DNA from: Candidatus Woesebacteria bacterium RIFCSPHIGHO2_02_FULL_42_20
GTDB taxonomy: Bacteria > Patescibacteriota > Microgenomatia > UBA8517
NCBI GenBank assembly: GCA_001792535.1
Contig: MGGS01000016.1
Span: forward strand, 160-64,159
Direction of reading: 5' to 3'
DNA length: 64,000 bases
Part shown: one piece after another, positions 18,030-29,052 of the stretch
Numbering within the stretch: the first letter of the stretch is position 1
Layout: the number at the start of each line of letters is the position of its first letter
Made by a program: the position numbers and the translations under genes
Notes under the pieces: generated by a model
Told to the model about the DNA's origin: nothing
The model's input: the letters and a program-made list of their open reading frames with translations, nothing else
Database searches by the model: none

Positions 18030-20225
18030 CTAGATCTTGGTCAATTTCAAGCGAAGTGAATTTCCCACAACTGATATCGAGGACGCTGCCATGGCAAAAG
18101 CCGCCAATGCAGGGTTAAGTAACCAGCCTGTAAAGGGGTATAAAATACCGGCGGCAACAGGAATCAGAATCACGTTATAACCAAATGCCCAAAATAAGTT
18201 TTGACGTATCGTATTCATTGTTCTTCGAGACAAATCAATTGCCGATACGACAGACTTCAAGTCCTTATTTAAAAGGGTAACGCCGGCAGATTCTATTGCT
18301 ACGTCTGTCCCCGAACCCATCGCTATTCCGACATCAGCGCTGGCCAATGCGGGAGCATCATTAATTCCGTCCCCGACAAAGGCCACTGCAAACCCCGAAC
18401 CACGAACTTTTAATCCTCTAACTTTGTCCGCTTTTTGATCAGGTAGTACGTCTGCCAAAACATTTTTTATACCAAGTGACTCTGCAATCGCTTTACCGGT
18501 CCTCTTGTTATCCCCTGTTATCATCCAAACCGCAACCCTCTTTTTAGTCAAAATATTTATAGTTTCCTTAGCACTTTGCTTAGGCACGTCGGCAACTGCG
18601 ACAATTCCAAGCAGTTTTTTCTTTTCTGCCAGAAACATTACCGTTTTGCCCCTAGCTTCAAGCCCAATCGAATCTTTTTCCAAGTCGCGAGTATCAACGC
18701 CTGACTCGGCCATTAATTTTCTATTGCCAAAATAGTACATCTTCCTTTCAATAGATCCTCTTATACCCATTCCATGCAGAGCCTTAAAATCACTGACCGG
18801 CAGCGCGTTTATTTCTTTTTTGCGTGCTTGTTCCAAAACAGCCTCTGCCAAAGAATGCTCCGATCCTTTTTCCAAACTTGCAGCAATTTGTAATAAATTT
18901 CGAATTCTACCTGCCTGCCGGCGAGATAGGAATTTTAAATTTTTAACTGGAGTGACGTCGGTCACGACTGGTTTGCCTTCCGTCAAGGTTCCCGTTTTAT
19001 CAAAGATAATGGTGTTAATTTTGTTTGCAATCTCGAGTGCTTCCGCGTCCTTTATCAAAATCCCTTTTTCGGCGCCCTTGCCCACTCCTACCATAATCGC
19101 AGTCGGCGTCGCTAGTCCCAAAGCACAGGGGCAAGCGATAATTAACACAGCTATCATATTGGAAAATGCAAATGAAAAACCTGAAGTTACATACCAGACG
19201 ACGAAAACCGAAGTCGCAATCATCAAAACAACCGGTACAAAGACGCCGGAGACTTTATCTGCAAGGCGCGCAATAGGCGAGCGGGAACTTTGGGCTTCAC
19301 TTACCATCTTTACAATCTGGGCAAGGACAGTATCTCGACCTACTTTGGTGGCTCGCATAACAAAACTGCTGCTTGTATTAAATGTTGCCCCAATAACAGC
19401 ATCTCCCTGGCCCTTGTCAACAGGCATTGACTCACCTGTAACCATAGATTCGTCCAGACTGGAAGACCCCTCGGTAATCACTCCGTCAACAGGAATTTTT
19501 TCCCCTGGCCGGACCCGGATTAAGTCATCTACCTTGACTTCTTCAACGGGTACATCAGTTTCTTTTTCACCTCTAATAACTCTGGCCGTTTTCGGAGCGA
19601 GCCCAAGCAATTTACTAATAGCATCGCTGGTATGTGCCTTGGCTTTTGCCTCCAAATACCGACCCAGTAAAATCAGTGTAATAATCACGGCCGATGTATC
19701 AAAATACATTGCCCCGTCAGCATTAAGAGATATTACCGAATATAGATAGGCAACCGAGGTACCGATAGCAATTAATGTATCCATACTTGCAGCTCGGTTT
19801 CTTAGCCCCGACCAAGTAGCCAAATAAAATTCCCTCCCCGCCCAAAACTGCACCGGCGTAGCAAGAAACCACAAGAGATAAGGGTTCATCTGCGTGAAAC
19901 TTCCCAAGAGAATAGCTATGCTCAGAATTGAAGAAACTATTACTTTAATTTTCAGTTCCTGTAGTTGCCTTGTTTTTTCTTCTTCTTTTAGCTCTTGGGT
20001 ATCCTTCCCCAATATCGCTTTATAGCCGGCGCTCTGTACTGCCTTTTCCAAGTCTTTAGGACTACAAACTGTATTACTATACTCGACACTTGCCTGTTCG
20101 CTTCCATAATTTACCTGTGCGTTAACTACGCCTGAAGTACTTTTCAGACTACGTTCAATCAACCGCGCACAACTGGCACAGTGCATACCTATTACAGGAA
20201 AACTGAGTTTTGCGATTTGAGTCAT
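18030..20225 (-). CDS. copA: Copper-translocating P1B-type ATPase
   Basis: GMHCASC, TGES, CPC, DKTGT, GDGIND. Confidence 0.95.
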   Translation of the reverse strand: MTQIAKLSFPVIGMHCASCARLIERSLKSTSGVVNAQVNYGSEQASVEYSNTVCSPKDLEKAVQSAGYKAILGKDTQELKEEEKTRQLQELKIKVIVSSILSIAILLGSFTQMNPYLLWFLATPVQFWAGREFYLATWSGLRNRAASMDTLIAIGTSVAYLYSVISLNADGAMYFDTSAVIITLILLGRYLEAKAKAHTSDAISKLLGLAPKTARVIRGEKETDVPVEEVKVDDLIRVRPGEKIPVDGVITEGSSSLDESMVTGESMPVDKGQGDAVIGATFNTSSSFVMRATKVGRDTVLAQIVKMVSEAQSSRSPIARLADKVSGVFVPVVLMIATSVFVVWYVTSGFSFAFSNMIAVLIIACPCALGLATPTAIMVGVGKGAEKGILIKDAEALEIANKINTIIFDKTGTLTEGKPVVTDVTPVKNLKFLSRRQAGRIRNLLQIAASLEKGSEHSLAEAVLEQARKKEINALPVSDFKALHGMGIRGSIERKMYYFGNRKLMAESGVDTRDLEKDSIGLEARGKTVMFLAEKKKLLGIVAVADVPKQSAKETINILTKKRVAVWMITGDNKRTGKAIAESLGIKNVLADVLPDQKADKVRGLKVRGSGFAVAFVGDGINDAPALASADVGIAMGSGTDVAIESAGVTLLNKDLKSVVSAIDLSRRTMNTIRQNLFWAFGYNVILIPVAAGILYPFTGWLLNPALAAFAMAASSISVVGNSLRLKLTKI

Positions 20226-20229
20226 GAGT

Positions 20230-20583
20230 TTAACCCACCACTATCTTCCCCTTAAACATATTCATTGCACAATGAAATTCATATTTTCCCCGTTCTTTAG
20301 GATTAATTTCAACATTTACCGGTTCGTTCATCGGTAAATACCTTTTAATTTTAAAATCAGGAAAGACAAGCTCTTCCAAACAACTATTTGAGTCCTTCCT
20401 CAAAAAGGTTAATGTTGTAGTTTTGTCTTTTTCTAATCTTATTACGGACGGTTTATAACCACCCTCAACGGTTACTGTCAACTTGTTGGCCGCAACGGTT
20501 GCGGCCTCCTTTTTCCCAAAGAAAAACCAGTACACAAAACCAATAACCCCAACTCCTAAAACGGTCACAACTATTTTATCCAT
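20230..20583 (-). CDS. Cupredoxin-domain protein
   Basis: GGYKP...CLEE...FHCAMNM. Confidence 0.85.
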   Translation of the reverse strand: MDKIVVTVLGVGVIGFVYWFFFGKKEAATVAANKLTVTVEGGYKPSVIRLEKDKTTTLTFLRKDSNSCLEELVFPDFKIKRYLPMNEPVNVEINPKERGKYEFHCAMNMFKGKIVVG

Positions 20584-20586
20584 TTT

Positions 20587-20865
20587 TTATATGCTACCTG
20601 CCGTCCTTTTAAACAAGTCGAGGACTTCTTCGATTAATTTCTCTCTTTCCGACTTCGTACCGTGGATCTCTTTAAAAACACAGGAGTGAAGATGGCCGTG
20701 AAGCAAGCGCTCATCAACCTTTTTCAAAGCGGCCTGAACCGCACGGGACTGGTGTATGACATCGGGGCAGTAAGCACCGCTTTCAACCATTTCCCTAACC
20801 TTTCTCAAATGGCCTTCGGCCCGAGCCAATCTGTCTGCAACTTCTTTCCTGACTTTAGTATCCAT
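20587..20865 (-). CDS. csoR: Metal-sensing repressor CsoR
   Basis: RLARAEGH...YCPDV..Q...HLHSC. Confidence 0.9.
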   Translation of the reverse strand: MDTKVRKEVADRLARAEGHLRKVREMVESGAYCPDVIHQSRAVQAALKKVDERLLHGHLHSCVFKEIHGTKSEREKLIEEVLDLFKRTAGSI

Positions 20866-20883
20866 CTTAATTCACTCCGTCCC

Positions 20884-20902
20884 TATCCCCCCGATGGGGA
20901 TA
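20884..20902. promoter_or_regulatory. CsoR-type operator TATCCCC-N5-GGGGATA
   Basis: C/G-tract palindrome between the divergent copper operons. Confidence 0.7.
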
Positions 20903-20989
20903 TTAAAATCATAGACTTCCTCTTGTTTTTGTCAAGAATCAAAAAGTACTCCTTGATTGGTAAGGTTTACTTATTTAAAATCGACTGAT

Positions 20990-21991
20990 ATGAATACGTT
21001 CTGGCTAGCTTTCGTCACCGGGCTCACAACCGGTGGTGTATCCTGTTTAGCCGTCCAAGGCGGACTCTTATCGTCTACTATCGCGAATCAACAATCTACC
21101 GGGTCAAAACAAACAGTGGCCGCATTTCTAGCCTCAAAATTACTGGCCTACACAATCCTAGGCGGTCTTCTTGGCTTAATAGGAAGCGCAGTCACTTTCA
21201 GTTTAACGCTCCAAGGCTTGATGCAGATAGCAGCAGGGCTTTTTATGTTAGCCACGGCCGGAAGATTACTCAACCTACACCCTGTTTTTCGCTACACAGT
21301 GTTTACCCCTCCAAAGTTCATACTCCGAAAGCTTCGCAACAGAAGCCACAATGCCTCGACCTTCGCTCCCGCATTTCTGGGAGGTTTAACCGTTTTTATT
21401 CCTTGTGGAGTAACACAAGCCATGATGGTTCTGGCGGTCGCCAGCGGAAGTGTATTTTCAGGTGCAGCTATAATGTTCTTTTTTACGCTGGGAACAACAC
21501 CTGTCTTCGGCATTATAGGCGCTGCAGCATTAGAGCTTCTAAGCAAAAAGCCGTTCGCCTATCTTGCCGCCAGTGTGGTCACGATTCTTGGAATTTTGGC
21601 TATTAACACGGGGCAGGTCCTCCGGGGCTCCCCTCACACAATCCAAAACTACATTAAAGTTGCTGCAAAGGGTCAAGACGCTTACACATTACAAGGAAAA
21701 ACTGCAGGCCTTGACAATGCCGGAATGCAAGTGGTTAGTATAGACGTATCAAATTATGGCTATTCGGCGTCAGCTTCCGTGCTAAAAGTTGGCGTGCCGG
21801 TGAAACTGAAATTAAAAACTCAAAACGTGACAAGCTGTTCAAGGGCATTTACAATTCCTGTTCTTAATCTGACAAAAATTCTTCCGGAATCTGGTGAAGA
21901 AATTTTAGAGTTCACACCCGCTAAACCGGGCCGGCTTGCATACAACTGCTCAATGGGCATGTACACTGGATCATTCACAGTTGTTGAATAA
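20990..21991 (+). CDS. DsbD_2/TauE-like membrane protein with C-terminal cupredoxin
   Basis: GVSCLAVQGG, FIPCG, YNCSMGMY. Confidence 0.8.
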   Translation: MNTFWLAFVTGLTTGGVSCLAVQGGLLSSTIANQQSTGSKQTVAAFLASKLLAYTILGGLLGLIGSAVTFSLTLQGLMQIAAGLFMLATAGRLLNLHPVFRYTVFTPPKFILRKLRNRSHNASTFAPAFLGGLTVFIPCGVTQAMMVLAVASGSVFSGAAIMFFFTLGTTPVFGIIGAAALELLSKKPFAYLAASVVTILGILAINTGQVLRGSPHTIQNYIKVAAKGQDAYTLQGKTAGLDNAGMQVVSIDVSNYGYSASASVLKVGVPVKLKLKTQNVTSCSRAFTIPVLNLTKILPESGEEILEFTPAKPGRLAYNCSMGMYTGSFTVVE

Positions 21992-22008
21992 TCCAATTTC
22001 AAAATCAA

Positions 22009-22030
22009 ACCTGTCTGCCGACAGGCAGGT
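22009..22030. repeat. Short palindromic element ACCTGTCTG-CCGA-CAGGCAGGT
   Basis: 9-bp stem; related copies lie inside copA and tsf. Confidence 0.7.
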
Positions 22031-22040
22031 GTAAAAAAAC

Positions 22041-22247
22041 ATGAAAATTATTAAAAGGACTTACAAAGTTGCTGGTATGGATTGCGTATCGTGTGCAGCT
22101 TTGCTTGAAATGGATTTGGAAGATTTGGGAATTAATGCAAAGTGTAGTTATCCAAAACAGACATTAAACGTCGAGTTTGACCCAAAAAACACAAATGAAG
22201 ATATGATCAAAAAAGTGGCCAAATCCTCAGGTTACTCACTCTCCTAA
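22041..22247 (+). CDS. copZ: CopZ-like HMA chaperone
   Basis: GMDCVSC. Confidence 0.8.
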   Translation: MKIIKRTYKVAGMDCVSCAALLEMDLEDLGINAKCSYPKQTLNVEFDPKNTNEDMIKKVAKSSGYSLS

Positions 22248-22263
22248 TAATTAGCTGGTATAA

Positions 22264-23958
22264 TTGCAACTGATGATTACTATTTATGAAAACATCGAGG
22301 GGCAAAAGCGGGAAACCCAGCTAAACATATCTCCTAAATCCACGAACAACATCTCGAATGTTCTATTTTCCCCGTTTGGAAATAAGTTTTTAAATGACTT
22401 AACCCAAAAAACAAACCTTGACGAAGAAAATGAAATGATGGTCAGAGTAAGCGAAGCTTTGGGGGGCTTGGTTTATATATACGAACGCATCCGTAATGTT
22501 ATCGAATACAAAGGTGAAAACGTGCTTCGCAGATCTTCGATTGAACGCATGATTAAAAGATTACTCTGGGAGCGGCCAAGACACAATTCGTTAAAGGTCG
22601 CAGAGGCTTTGATCAAAGAACTCATTTGGTCGCGTTACCTTCCCAACAACAAAGTTCCCCACTCCAAAATAACCCAAATAGCCGAAATTGTTGAAAAATA
22701 CAAATACCTGATCGCGACGATTCATGAACGAGGAACAGTTCTTGCTTATTCAAGGCTCCGTGAATGGGTTTGGGGTATTGCTTCATGCGAAATCGAAGAA
22801 GCACTGCAAGCTTCTAAAAAAGAAGAATACGTTGAGCTTATGCATTCATGGTTTCTGAATTATTACGATTGGACAGACAATCAAATCAGCGACCACGAAA
22901 AAGACATCCAAATTTACTTGGCTGTCCACCGCAGTCTCGTAAAATCGGACGAAGCGATAATGCGGTACCACCTAGTTCTAAAGGAGATCCCAAATTGGAC
23001 AAATGCAAAAAACGAAGATGTTGATAGATTTACAAAAAGTTTCTCCAAAATGCATGAGGAGATCGAAGACCACCTAAGTCACCCAAACAGAATGGCGCTT
23101 TTCAGGGTAGTTCAAAAACATGCTGCCCCGTTTTTAATCTTAAGAGAATTCATCGAGCGTGAAGGCGATTACCTTAAAATTCTCCAAGACCCGGCAAAAT
23201 TTGAATCAAGCATATACGAACTTTGTGAAATAAATTACGCCAAAATCAGAAACAAAGTAAATAGAGGTATAGTCCGAAGTATACTGTATATCTTTGTAAC
23301 TAAAATATTCATCGCTTTTTTGCTCGAAACTCCTTATGAACTTCTACGATTTGGGGCACTAAGATTTATTCCGCTTGCAATTAACATTTCGGTACCGCCC
23401 TTGATGATGACGCTTATTGGGTTAACCATCCGCATCCCCAGCGAGCAAAACTCAAGGAGAATACTCAACAAATTAAAAACAATTATTTATACAGTCGAAA
23501 GCCCGACAAAACAGAAGTTTTCACTTAAAAAGGCGTCTAGAAGCGGCAGGGCTTCACTGGTATTCTCAACAATATACCTAGTTCTTTTTTTGCTGGTTTT
23601 TGGCGGAGTTTCATATCTCCTGTTCAAACTCGACTTCACAATTCTTGCAATACTGATATTTTTCATGTTTGTTTCCATGGTTTTGCTTTTTGGCTCTCGT
23701 GTGCGATTTACGGCATCCCAATTGTCTATCACCCCCGAAAGAGAAGGTTTAATTAAACAAATTATTGATAATCTTTCTCTTCCCTTCCTAAGTATGGGGG
23801 TCTATCTGTCCAAAGGTATAGCAAAGCTTAATTTCCTTACAATACTGCTTGATTTTCTAATCGAAGCGCCTCTCAAAATTATAGTAGAAGTAATCGAAGA
23901 GTGGACCAGTTTTATTCGCGAAAAGCGTGAAGAAGTCGTTGAAGTACCCGAGCAATAA
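22264..23958 (+). CDS. Hypothetical membrane protein
   Basis: 564 aa; soluble N-half and several C-terminal TM helices. Confidence 0.75.
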   Translation: MQLMITIYENIEGQKRETQLNISPKSTNNISNVLFSPFGNKFLNDLTQKTNLDEENEMMVRVSEALGGLVYIYERIRNVIEYKGENVLRRSSIERMIKRLLWERPRHNSLKVAEALIKELIWSRYLPNNKVPHSKITQIAEIVEKYKYLIATIHERGTVLAYSRLREWVWGIASCEIEEALQASKKEEYVELMHSWFLNYYDWTDNQISDHEKDIQIYLAVHRSLVKSDEAIMRYHLVLKEIPNWTNAKNEDVDRFTKSFSKMHEEIEDHLSHPNRMALFRVVQKHAAPFLILREFIEREGDYLKILQDPAKFESSIYELCEINYAKIRNKVNRGIVRSILYIFVTKIFIAFLLETPYELLRFGALRFIPLAINISVPPLMMTLIGLTIRIPSEQNSRRILNKLKTIIYTVESPTKQKFSLKKASRSGRASLVFSTIYLVLFLLVFGGVSYLLFKLDFTILAILIFFMFVSMVLLFGSRVRFTASQLSITPEREGLIKQIIDNLSLPFLSMGVYLSKGIAKLNFLTILLDFLIEAPLKIIVEVIEEWTSFIREKREEVVEVPEQ

Positions 23959-23963
23959 TTATT

Positions 23964-24602
23964 TCAATATACAATTTTAATCTTTGCGCTTTCAATATAA
24001 ACTTTTGAGCTGTCGAAAGATCGGAATTGCACGCGGTATAAATTTTTTCCCGACCACAAATTAGCTACCCCCGAGGAAACTAAAGTCGTAGTCAATTTAT
24101 CTGTTTCTATATCACTCCCTGTAACCCCAATCCCATGAGTTACGTCGTAAAGCCTCACTTGCGCTTTACCACTATCTGCATGGAGCGACGCTTCAAAATA
24201 AACCTTTGCACCGTCGCCATAATCATTTTTAAGATCTACCCAGACTTCGCTTGAAGTAATATTTTGCCAATCCGGTGAGTTGGTAGATGCCTGGGCAATC
24301 AAAGTGATATAGTCAGTGTTTTTCTTGACAATTGTACTGGGTGTGGGAACTGCGATCGGACTACTCGCGGTTGTGGGTGTAGCTATCGGCGTTGTGGTAA
24401 AAAGCTGATCTTCCTCTGGAAGCGGCGTAGAAATACTAGGCATACTCTCAACAATTTTGACCATCGAATTGTTTGCAGAAAGTCTTTTTTCAAAAGAATC
24501 AATTCTGGTATATAGATAAAAACTAAAAGGAACAAGCAAGATAACTGCAACAAAAAGTAATAGCGTAATAAGAAAATGTATTTTTGGAGCAGCTATTTTC
24601 AT
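23964..24602 (-). CDS. Membrane-anchored protein with Pro/Thr linker and beta-rich domain
   Basis: N-terminal TM and TTTPIATPT linker. Confidence 0.7.
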   Translation of the reverse strand: MKIAAPKIHFLITLLLFVAVILLVPFSFYLYTRIDSFEKRLSANNSMVKIVESMPSISTPLPEEDQLFTTTPIATPTTASSPIAVPTPSTIVKKNTDYITLIAQASTNSPDWQNITSSEVWVDLKNDYGDGAKVYFEASLHADSGKAQVRLYDVTHGIGVTGSDIETDKLTTTLVSSGVANLWSGKNLYRVQFRSFDSSKVYIESAKIKIVY

Positions 24603-26033
24603 TTATTTTTTCTTGACTTTGACTCCGCGCGCTAAATCCTCAATCTTAAATCCTAAATCATAAATCTTTCTTCGTATTTCATCAGCTTCTTTATATCTCC
24701 TTCCTCTTCTCGAGTTTTCTCTTTGTTTAACTAATTCCTGAACTTCCTTTGGAATTTGAGAATTGGAAATTGTAAATTTAGAAAGCTGGAGACCAAGAAC
24801 TTGGTCAAAGCTTTCGATAAGATCATATTTATCATAATCCGGAATATTGGCCTTAACAACTTCCCAAAACACCGACAGCGCTTGGGGCATATTCAGATCG
24901 TCAGCGATAGCTTTTTCAAATTTTTCCCTGTAGAAATTTACTTTAGCCAATTTATCGACAGACAAAGTTGTTCGCCCTCTTGAATCGCGGTAATCGGTGA
25001 CAATTCCCTGAAGCTTGTTCAAAGAAGTTTGGGCGGCTGCTAGCGCATCCCATGTAAAATTTATCTGTTGTTTATAGTGGCCGGAAAAGTAAAAATAGCG
25101 AAGTGCTAAAGGATCAATATTTTTAGCTTCAACATCATACAATGTGTAAGCATTGCCTTCGCTTTTACCCATTCGCTTACCGTCAACGGTTAAAAATGCA
25201 CCGTGTACCCAATATCTCACAAACGGGTGTTTACCTGTTGCCGCCTCGCTTTGAGCAACTTCGTTTGGGTGATGGGTACTTTTTAAATCTTCACCGCCGG
25301 CATGAATGTCAAATTGTTCACCCAAATATTTCATACTCATTGCCGAGCACTCTATATGCCAGCCGGGAAAACCCACTCCCCAAGGGCTGTCCCATTCCAT
25401 ATGGCGTTTTACTCCAGTAGGAGAAAACTTCCAAAGAGCAAAGTCTCTTGGATTTTTTTTTTGTAGATTTGGCTCGACTCTCGCTCCTTCTTTAATCTTT
25501 TGAAGAGTCGAAAGCTCTCCATAAACATTCCCTGCTGTTTCATATGCTTGTACATCAAAATATATTCCGTCATCAATCTTATATGCATAACCTTTGCTAT
25601 GAATTTTTTCAACCAGTTCAATTTGTTCTTTAATGTATTCCGTTGCTCTTGTGAACTTTTCAGGCCTTGTCAGATTCAATTTTTCATACGACTCTAAAAA
25701 GTCTTTTATATAAAACTCGGCGATATCCCATGCGCTTTTTCCTTGCTTTTTAGCTGCCTTTTCCATCCTGTCCTCGCCTATGTCGGCGTCCCCCAGGTTA
25801 TCTCCTGTAAAGTGGCCCACATCCGTCAAATTCATATAAAATATAGGTTTATAACCCAAGTATTTTAAAACCCTCAGCAAAACGTCGCTTAGTGTATAAG
25901 TACGCCAGTTACCTATTGTCGGGTAATCATAAACAGTCGGCCCACAAGTGTATATCCCGACATCAGGAGGATTAATTGCTTCAAACTTTTCCTTTTTACC
26001 TGTTAATGAGTTAGTTAGATATAAATCAGCCAT
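24603..26033 (-). CDS. cysS: Cysteinyl-tRNA synthetase
   Basis: CGPTVY, GFPGWHIECSAM, RMGKS (KMSKS-like). Confidence 0.97.
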   Translation of the reverse strand: MADLYLTNSLTGKKEKFEAINPPDVGIYTCGPTVYDYPTIGNWRTYTLSDVLLRVLKYLGYKPIFYMNLTDVGHFTGDNLGDADIGEDRMEKAAKKQGKSAWDIAEFYIKDFLESYEKLNLTRPEKFTRATEYIKEQIELVEKIHSKGYAYKIDDGIYFDVQAYETAGNVYGELSTLQKIKEGARVEPNLQKKNPRDFALWKFSPTGVKRHMEWDSPWGVGFPGWHIECSAMSMKYLGEQFDIHAGGEDLKSTHHPNEVAQSEAATGKHPFVRYWVHGAFLTVDGKRMGKSEGNAYTLYDVEAKNIDPLALRYFYFSGHYKQQINFTWDALAAAQTSLNKLQGIVTDYRDSRGRTTLSVDKLAKVNFYREKFEKAIADDLNMPQALSVFWEVVKANIPDYDKYDLIESFDQVLGLQLSKFTISNSQIPKEVQELVKQRENSRRGRRYKEADEIRRKIYDLGFKIEDLARGVKVKKK

Positions 26034-26039
26034 TATAGT

Positions 26040-26525
26040 TTATTGCGATACGTTGCGGCCTTTTTCGGCACGGCCTACGACATTTGAAAGACCGCCTTTT
26101 TTCGGACCTTTCGCACCCGGCCCTTTCCCTATCGAAGGCTTACTCGCAGTCATTGGCGCTTCACGGGGCCTAGCCGCCTCCAATTGTTGTCGTCTGACCA
26201 TCTCTGCTTGCTCATTTTGTTGCTTCTCCTGCTCTTTCTGCCGCCTTATCTGGGCCATTTCCTCTTCAAGTTGCCGCGCACGAGCGACATCAAGTTTTTG
26301 AATTTCACCCTCGTCCACAAACCCCGTGTGAGTGCCTGGCAAATTATAAAGGTCGGGGGCTCCTGCCTGCGCCGACTGGTCAGACGGTTGCTGCAGTTTG
26401 GTTTCACCTGTTATTTGTAACCCGGTGCTTTTAGCAATCTCTCTAGTTTCCTCACCCAGCATTTTCCCAAACTGCACAAGCGATTTCCCGACAACTCTTG
26501 TGCCTTTTACCAAAGGATTAGCCAT
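26040..26525 (-). CDS. Hypothetical low-complexity protein
   Basis: 161-aa ORF in the operon between recR and cysS. Confidence 0.6.
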   Translation of the reverse strand: MANPLVKGTRVVGKSLVQFGKMLGEETREIAKSTGLQITGETKLQQPSDQSAQAGAPDLYNLPGTHTGFVDEGEIQKLDVARARQLEEEMAQIRRQKEQEKQQNEQAEMVRRQQLEAARPREAPMTASKPSIGKGPGAKGPKKGGLSNVVGRAEKGRNVSQ

Positions 26526-26527
26526 AA

Positions 26528-27133
26528 CTACATTTCCCTCCTTCCCTCAATAGCCTGTATCAATGTCACATCATCCGCGTATTCCAAGTCTGCTCCCCTC
26601 GGTATCCCCATCCCTAGGCGCGAGACTTTGGGTTTTGGGTTTTGGGTTTTGAGTTTTTTATTAAGGTACATTGCAGTTGCCTCGCCTTCCATTGTAGGGT
26701 TAGTAGCAATAATAACTTCCTTAACAGGACCGCCATTTGTCAGTCTTTTGGACAAATCTTCGATATAAATTTCATCCGGGCCAATATTCTCTAAGGGGCT
26801 GATTGCTCCATGAAGAACATGATACAAGCCATTGTATTTTCCCATTCTTTCAATTGCAACTACATCAAGCGGTTGCTCAACTACAATAATAATTTTTGAG
26901 TCGCGGCTTGAATCACTACACAAATTACAAGGGTCGCTTTCCGAAACATTGCGGCAAATAGAACATAAAACAGTGTTTTTCTTCAGGTTAATTAGGGACC
27001 GACCAAATAAGTCAAGCTCACTTTGGGGAACATGCAGTAAATAGTATGTCAGTCGCTGGGAGGTTCTCGGCCCAATGCCGGGAAGTTTTTCAAAAGATTC
27101 GACTAAAGCTTGAACCGCTCTCGGTATCTTCAT
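26528..27133 (-). CDS. recR: Recombination mediator RecR
   Basis: LPGIGPR, C4 finger, YHVLHG, EGEATA. Confidence 0.97.
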   Translation of the reverse strand: MKIPRAVQALVESFEKLPGIGPRTSQRLTYYLLHVPQSELDLFGRSLINLKKNTVLCSICRNVSESDPCNLCSDSSRDSKIIIVVEQPLDVVAIERMGKYNGLYHVLHGAISPLENIGPDEIYIEDLSKRLTNGGPVKEVIIATNPTMEGEATAMYLNKKLKTQNPKPKVSRLGMGIPRGADLEYADDVTLIQAIEGRREM

Positions 27134-27191
27134 GTCAAGGAAATTATAGCAATTCTTAACTATCGGGGGAAATTTTAAATTGTTCTTTGGG

Positions 27192-27479
27192 CTACTGACC
27201 GAAGCCTTTGAGTATCCCGGAAAGGCCGCCGCCTGCATCCATCATTTTTTTAGCCGCTTTCTTCTGAACTTCTTTTAAAGCGGAATTGATTGCATCAACA
27301 ATATCCTTTCTCTCCTCCCCGTCAAGTTCTATTCTTATAATTTTTTGGTCACCAGAAACGACCACTTTAATACCGTCACGCTCAAAACTTTCCGTAACAC
27401 CGGCCAATTGCTTCTGAAGGTTCAACGCCTGCTGACGCATTTTAAGCAATTCTCCTGCTTGTCTTACTTTGTCGAACAT
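27192..27479 (-). CDS. ybaB: YbaB/EbfC nucleoid-associated protein
   Basis: Sequence pattern and dnaX-ybaB-recR synteny. Confidence 0.9.
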   Translation of the reverse strand: MFDKVRQAGELLKMRQQALNLQKQLAGVTESFERDGIKVVVSGDQKIIRIELDGEERKDIVDAINSALKEVQKKAAKKMMDAGGGLSGILKGFGQ

Positions 27480-27496
27480 TGTTTAGCTAGTCAGTA

Positions 27497-28981
27497 CTAT
27501 GAGCCAAATATTTCTTTTGCCGCTTCCATTATATCAATGTCTGTATTCTCCGTCAACGCATTTCCTGTCTTTTTTATTCCCCCAATGACTTTTTTCTTAG
27601 GTTGGTCAGTTAATATGCAAACTACTCTCACCGGCGAGCCAACAACAGACGTTAGGATATCTTCCAAAGTCTTTCTATAAACGTCCGCCTCTAACCGTTC
27701 TTTGTGAAACTTGTAATAAACCCCCAAGCGTAAATTTTTACCGTCAAAGTCCAAGGGCTTACTCGACCGAAGCAGCGCTTCTACTGACACGTTTTTCTGT
27801 CTGACTTGCGAGAGCACTTTCTGCCAGACATCGCTTTCAAATTTCAAATCAACATTGCCGTTAGCAACAACATCTTCCGAGTGGCCATTCGTAACTTTGT
27901 CCCTCGGTTTCGTATTTTTAACTACGCTCACCACCGGCTTATCCTGACCGGTTTTTTGCTTCCAGGCAATCAACTCCATCTCAAGAGATAACTGCGGAAG
28001 CGGCGTGTCGGAATACTTTTTTTGAGCCACCATTAACACTTCTATCAATGAAACTGATTCATTTCTGATTAGATAGTCAAAAGCGTCGGTCTTGCCAACG
28101 CCGAGCTTGGCTAAAAGCGATTCGTGAAGAGAGGCAATCATCCCGTCAATGAGCTCTCTAACCGATCCCCCTTTGTTAATCATTGCCTCCAACTCCTCAA
28201 TAATTGCCTTGATATCTTTCTTGGCTATTATTTCAATATATTGCTTTGCTGTAATAGTTTTATTTTGTGTGACAAAACTCCTGGCTTTCTCCTGCGACAA
28301 CTCCGTCTCCCCCACCATCATCTGTTCAATAATCTTGATGGCGTCTCTAAACGATCCGTCTGCAGCGAGCGCCACAACATCAAACGCCTCGTCATCAACC
28401 TTCCATTTCTCGCCTTTGGCAACACGGCTAAGTAACCTTTTAATTTCCGGCAAACTGGCTTTAGTAAAGACAATATTCGTCAGTCGCGATCTAACCGTTG
28501 GTATCAATTTTTCGGGGTTGGTAGTGGCCAAAATAAAGACAACGTGACTAGGCGGCTCTTCGAGTGTCTTTAAAAAAGCATTTGCCGCCTCGAGAGTCAA
28601 CATATGTGCTTCGTCAACTACATAAACCTTTGTTTTAGCCGATACAGGTGACAGCTTTACCGCTTCGCGAAGGGATCTGATGTCGTCAATCCCGCGGTTA
28701 CTTGCGGCATCCATCTCGATAACATCAAGGCTGTTTCCTTTGGTAACCGCCTCGCATTGCATGCACCTGTTGCACGGCTCTCCTGACTTACCGGGTTTTT
28801 CACAATTAATTGCCTTTGCCAAAATTCTTGCCGCCGAAGTTTTTCCAATTCCCTTAGGTCCGGAAAAAAGCAGGGCATGGGGAATTTTCCCCGAGGCAAT
28901 TATTTTTTTAAGTCCCTCGCGCGCACTTGTCGAATCAAGCTCTCCGATGGTCTGAGGTCTGTACTTGAGGTATAGGGTCAT
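27497..28981 (-). CDS. dnaX: DNA polymerase III gamma/tau
   Basis: LYLKYRP, GPKGIGKT, DEAHML, LKTLEEPP. Confidence 0.97.
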   Translation of the reverse strand: MTLYLKYRPQTIGELDSTSAREGLKKIIASGKIPHALLFSGPKGIGKTSAARILAKAINCEKPGKSGEPCNRCMQCEAVTKGNSLDVIEMDAASNRGIDDIRSLREAVKLSPVSAKTKVYVVDEAHMLTLEAANAFLKTLEEPPSHVVFILATTNPEKLIPTVRSRLTNIVFTKASLPEIKRLLSRVAKGEKWKVDDEAFDVVALAADGSFRDAIKIIEQMMVGETELSQEKARSFVTQNKTITAKQYIEIIAKKDIKAIIEELEAMINKGGSVRELIDGMIASLHESLLAKLGVGKTDAFDYLIRNESVSLIEVLMVAQKKYSDTPLPQLSLEMELIAWKQKTGQDKPVVSVVKNTKPRDKVTNGHSEDVVANGNVDLKFESDVWQKVLSQVRQKNVSVEALLRSSKPLDFDGKNLRLGVYYKFHKERLEADVYRKTLEDILTSVVGSPVRVVCILTDQPKKKVIGGIKKTGNALTENTDIDIMEAAKEIFGS

Positions 28982-29052
28982 AGAAATGTATACCAATATC
29001 CAATAAATACCAATTCCCAATAAAATTCAATTGGCAATTTGGCATTTGAAAT

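Noticed and set aside
18820-19749. 309-aa plus-strand ORF and similar long antisense ORFs (53523..54197, 11410..11811)
   Set aside because: Shadow frames of copA, mreB and the hydrolase gene, with no motifs.
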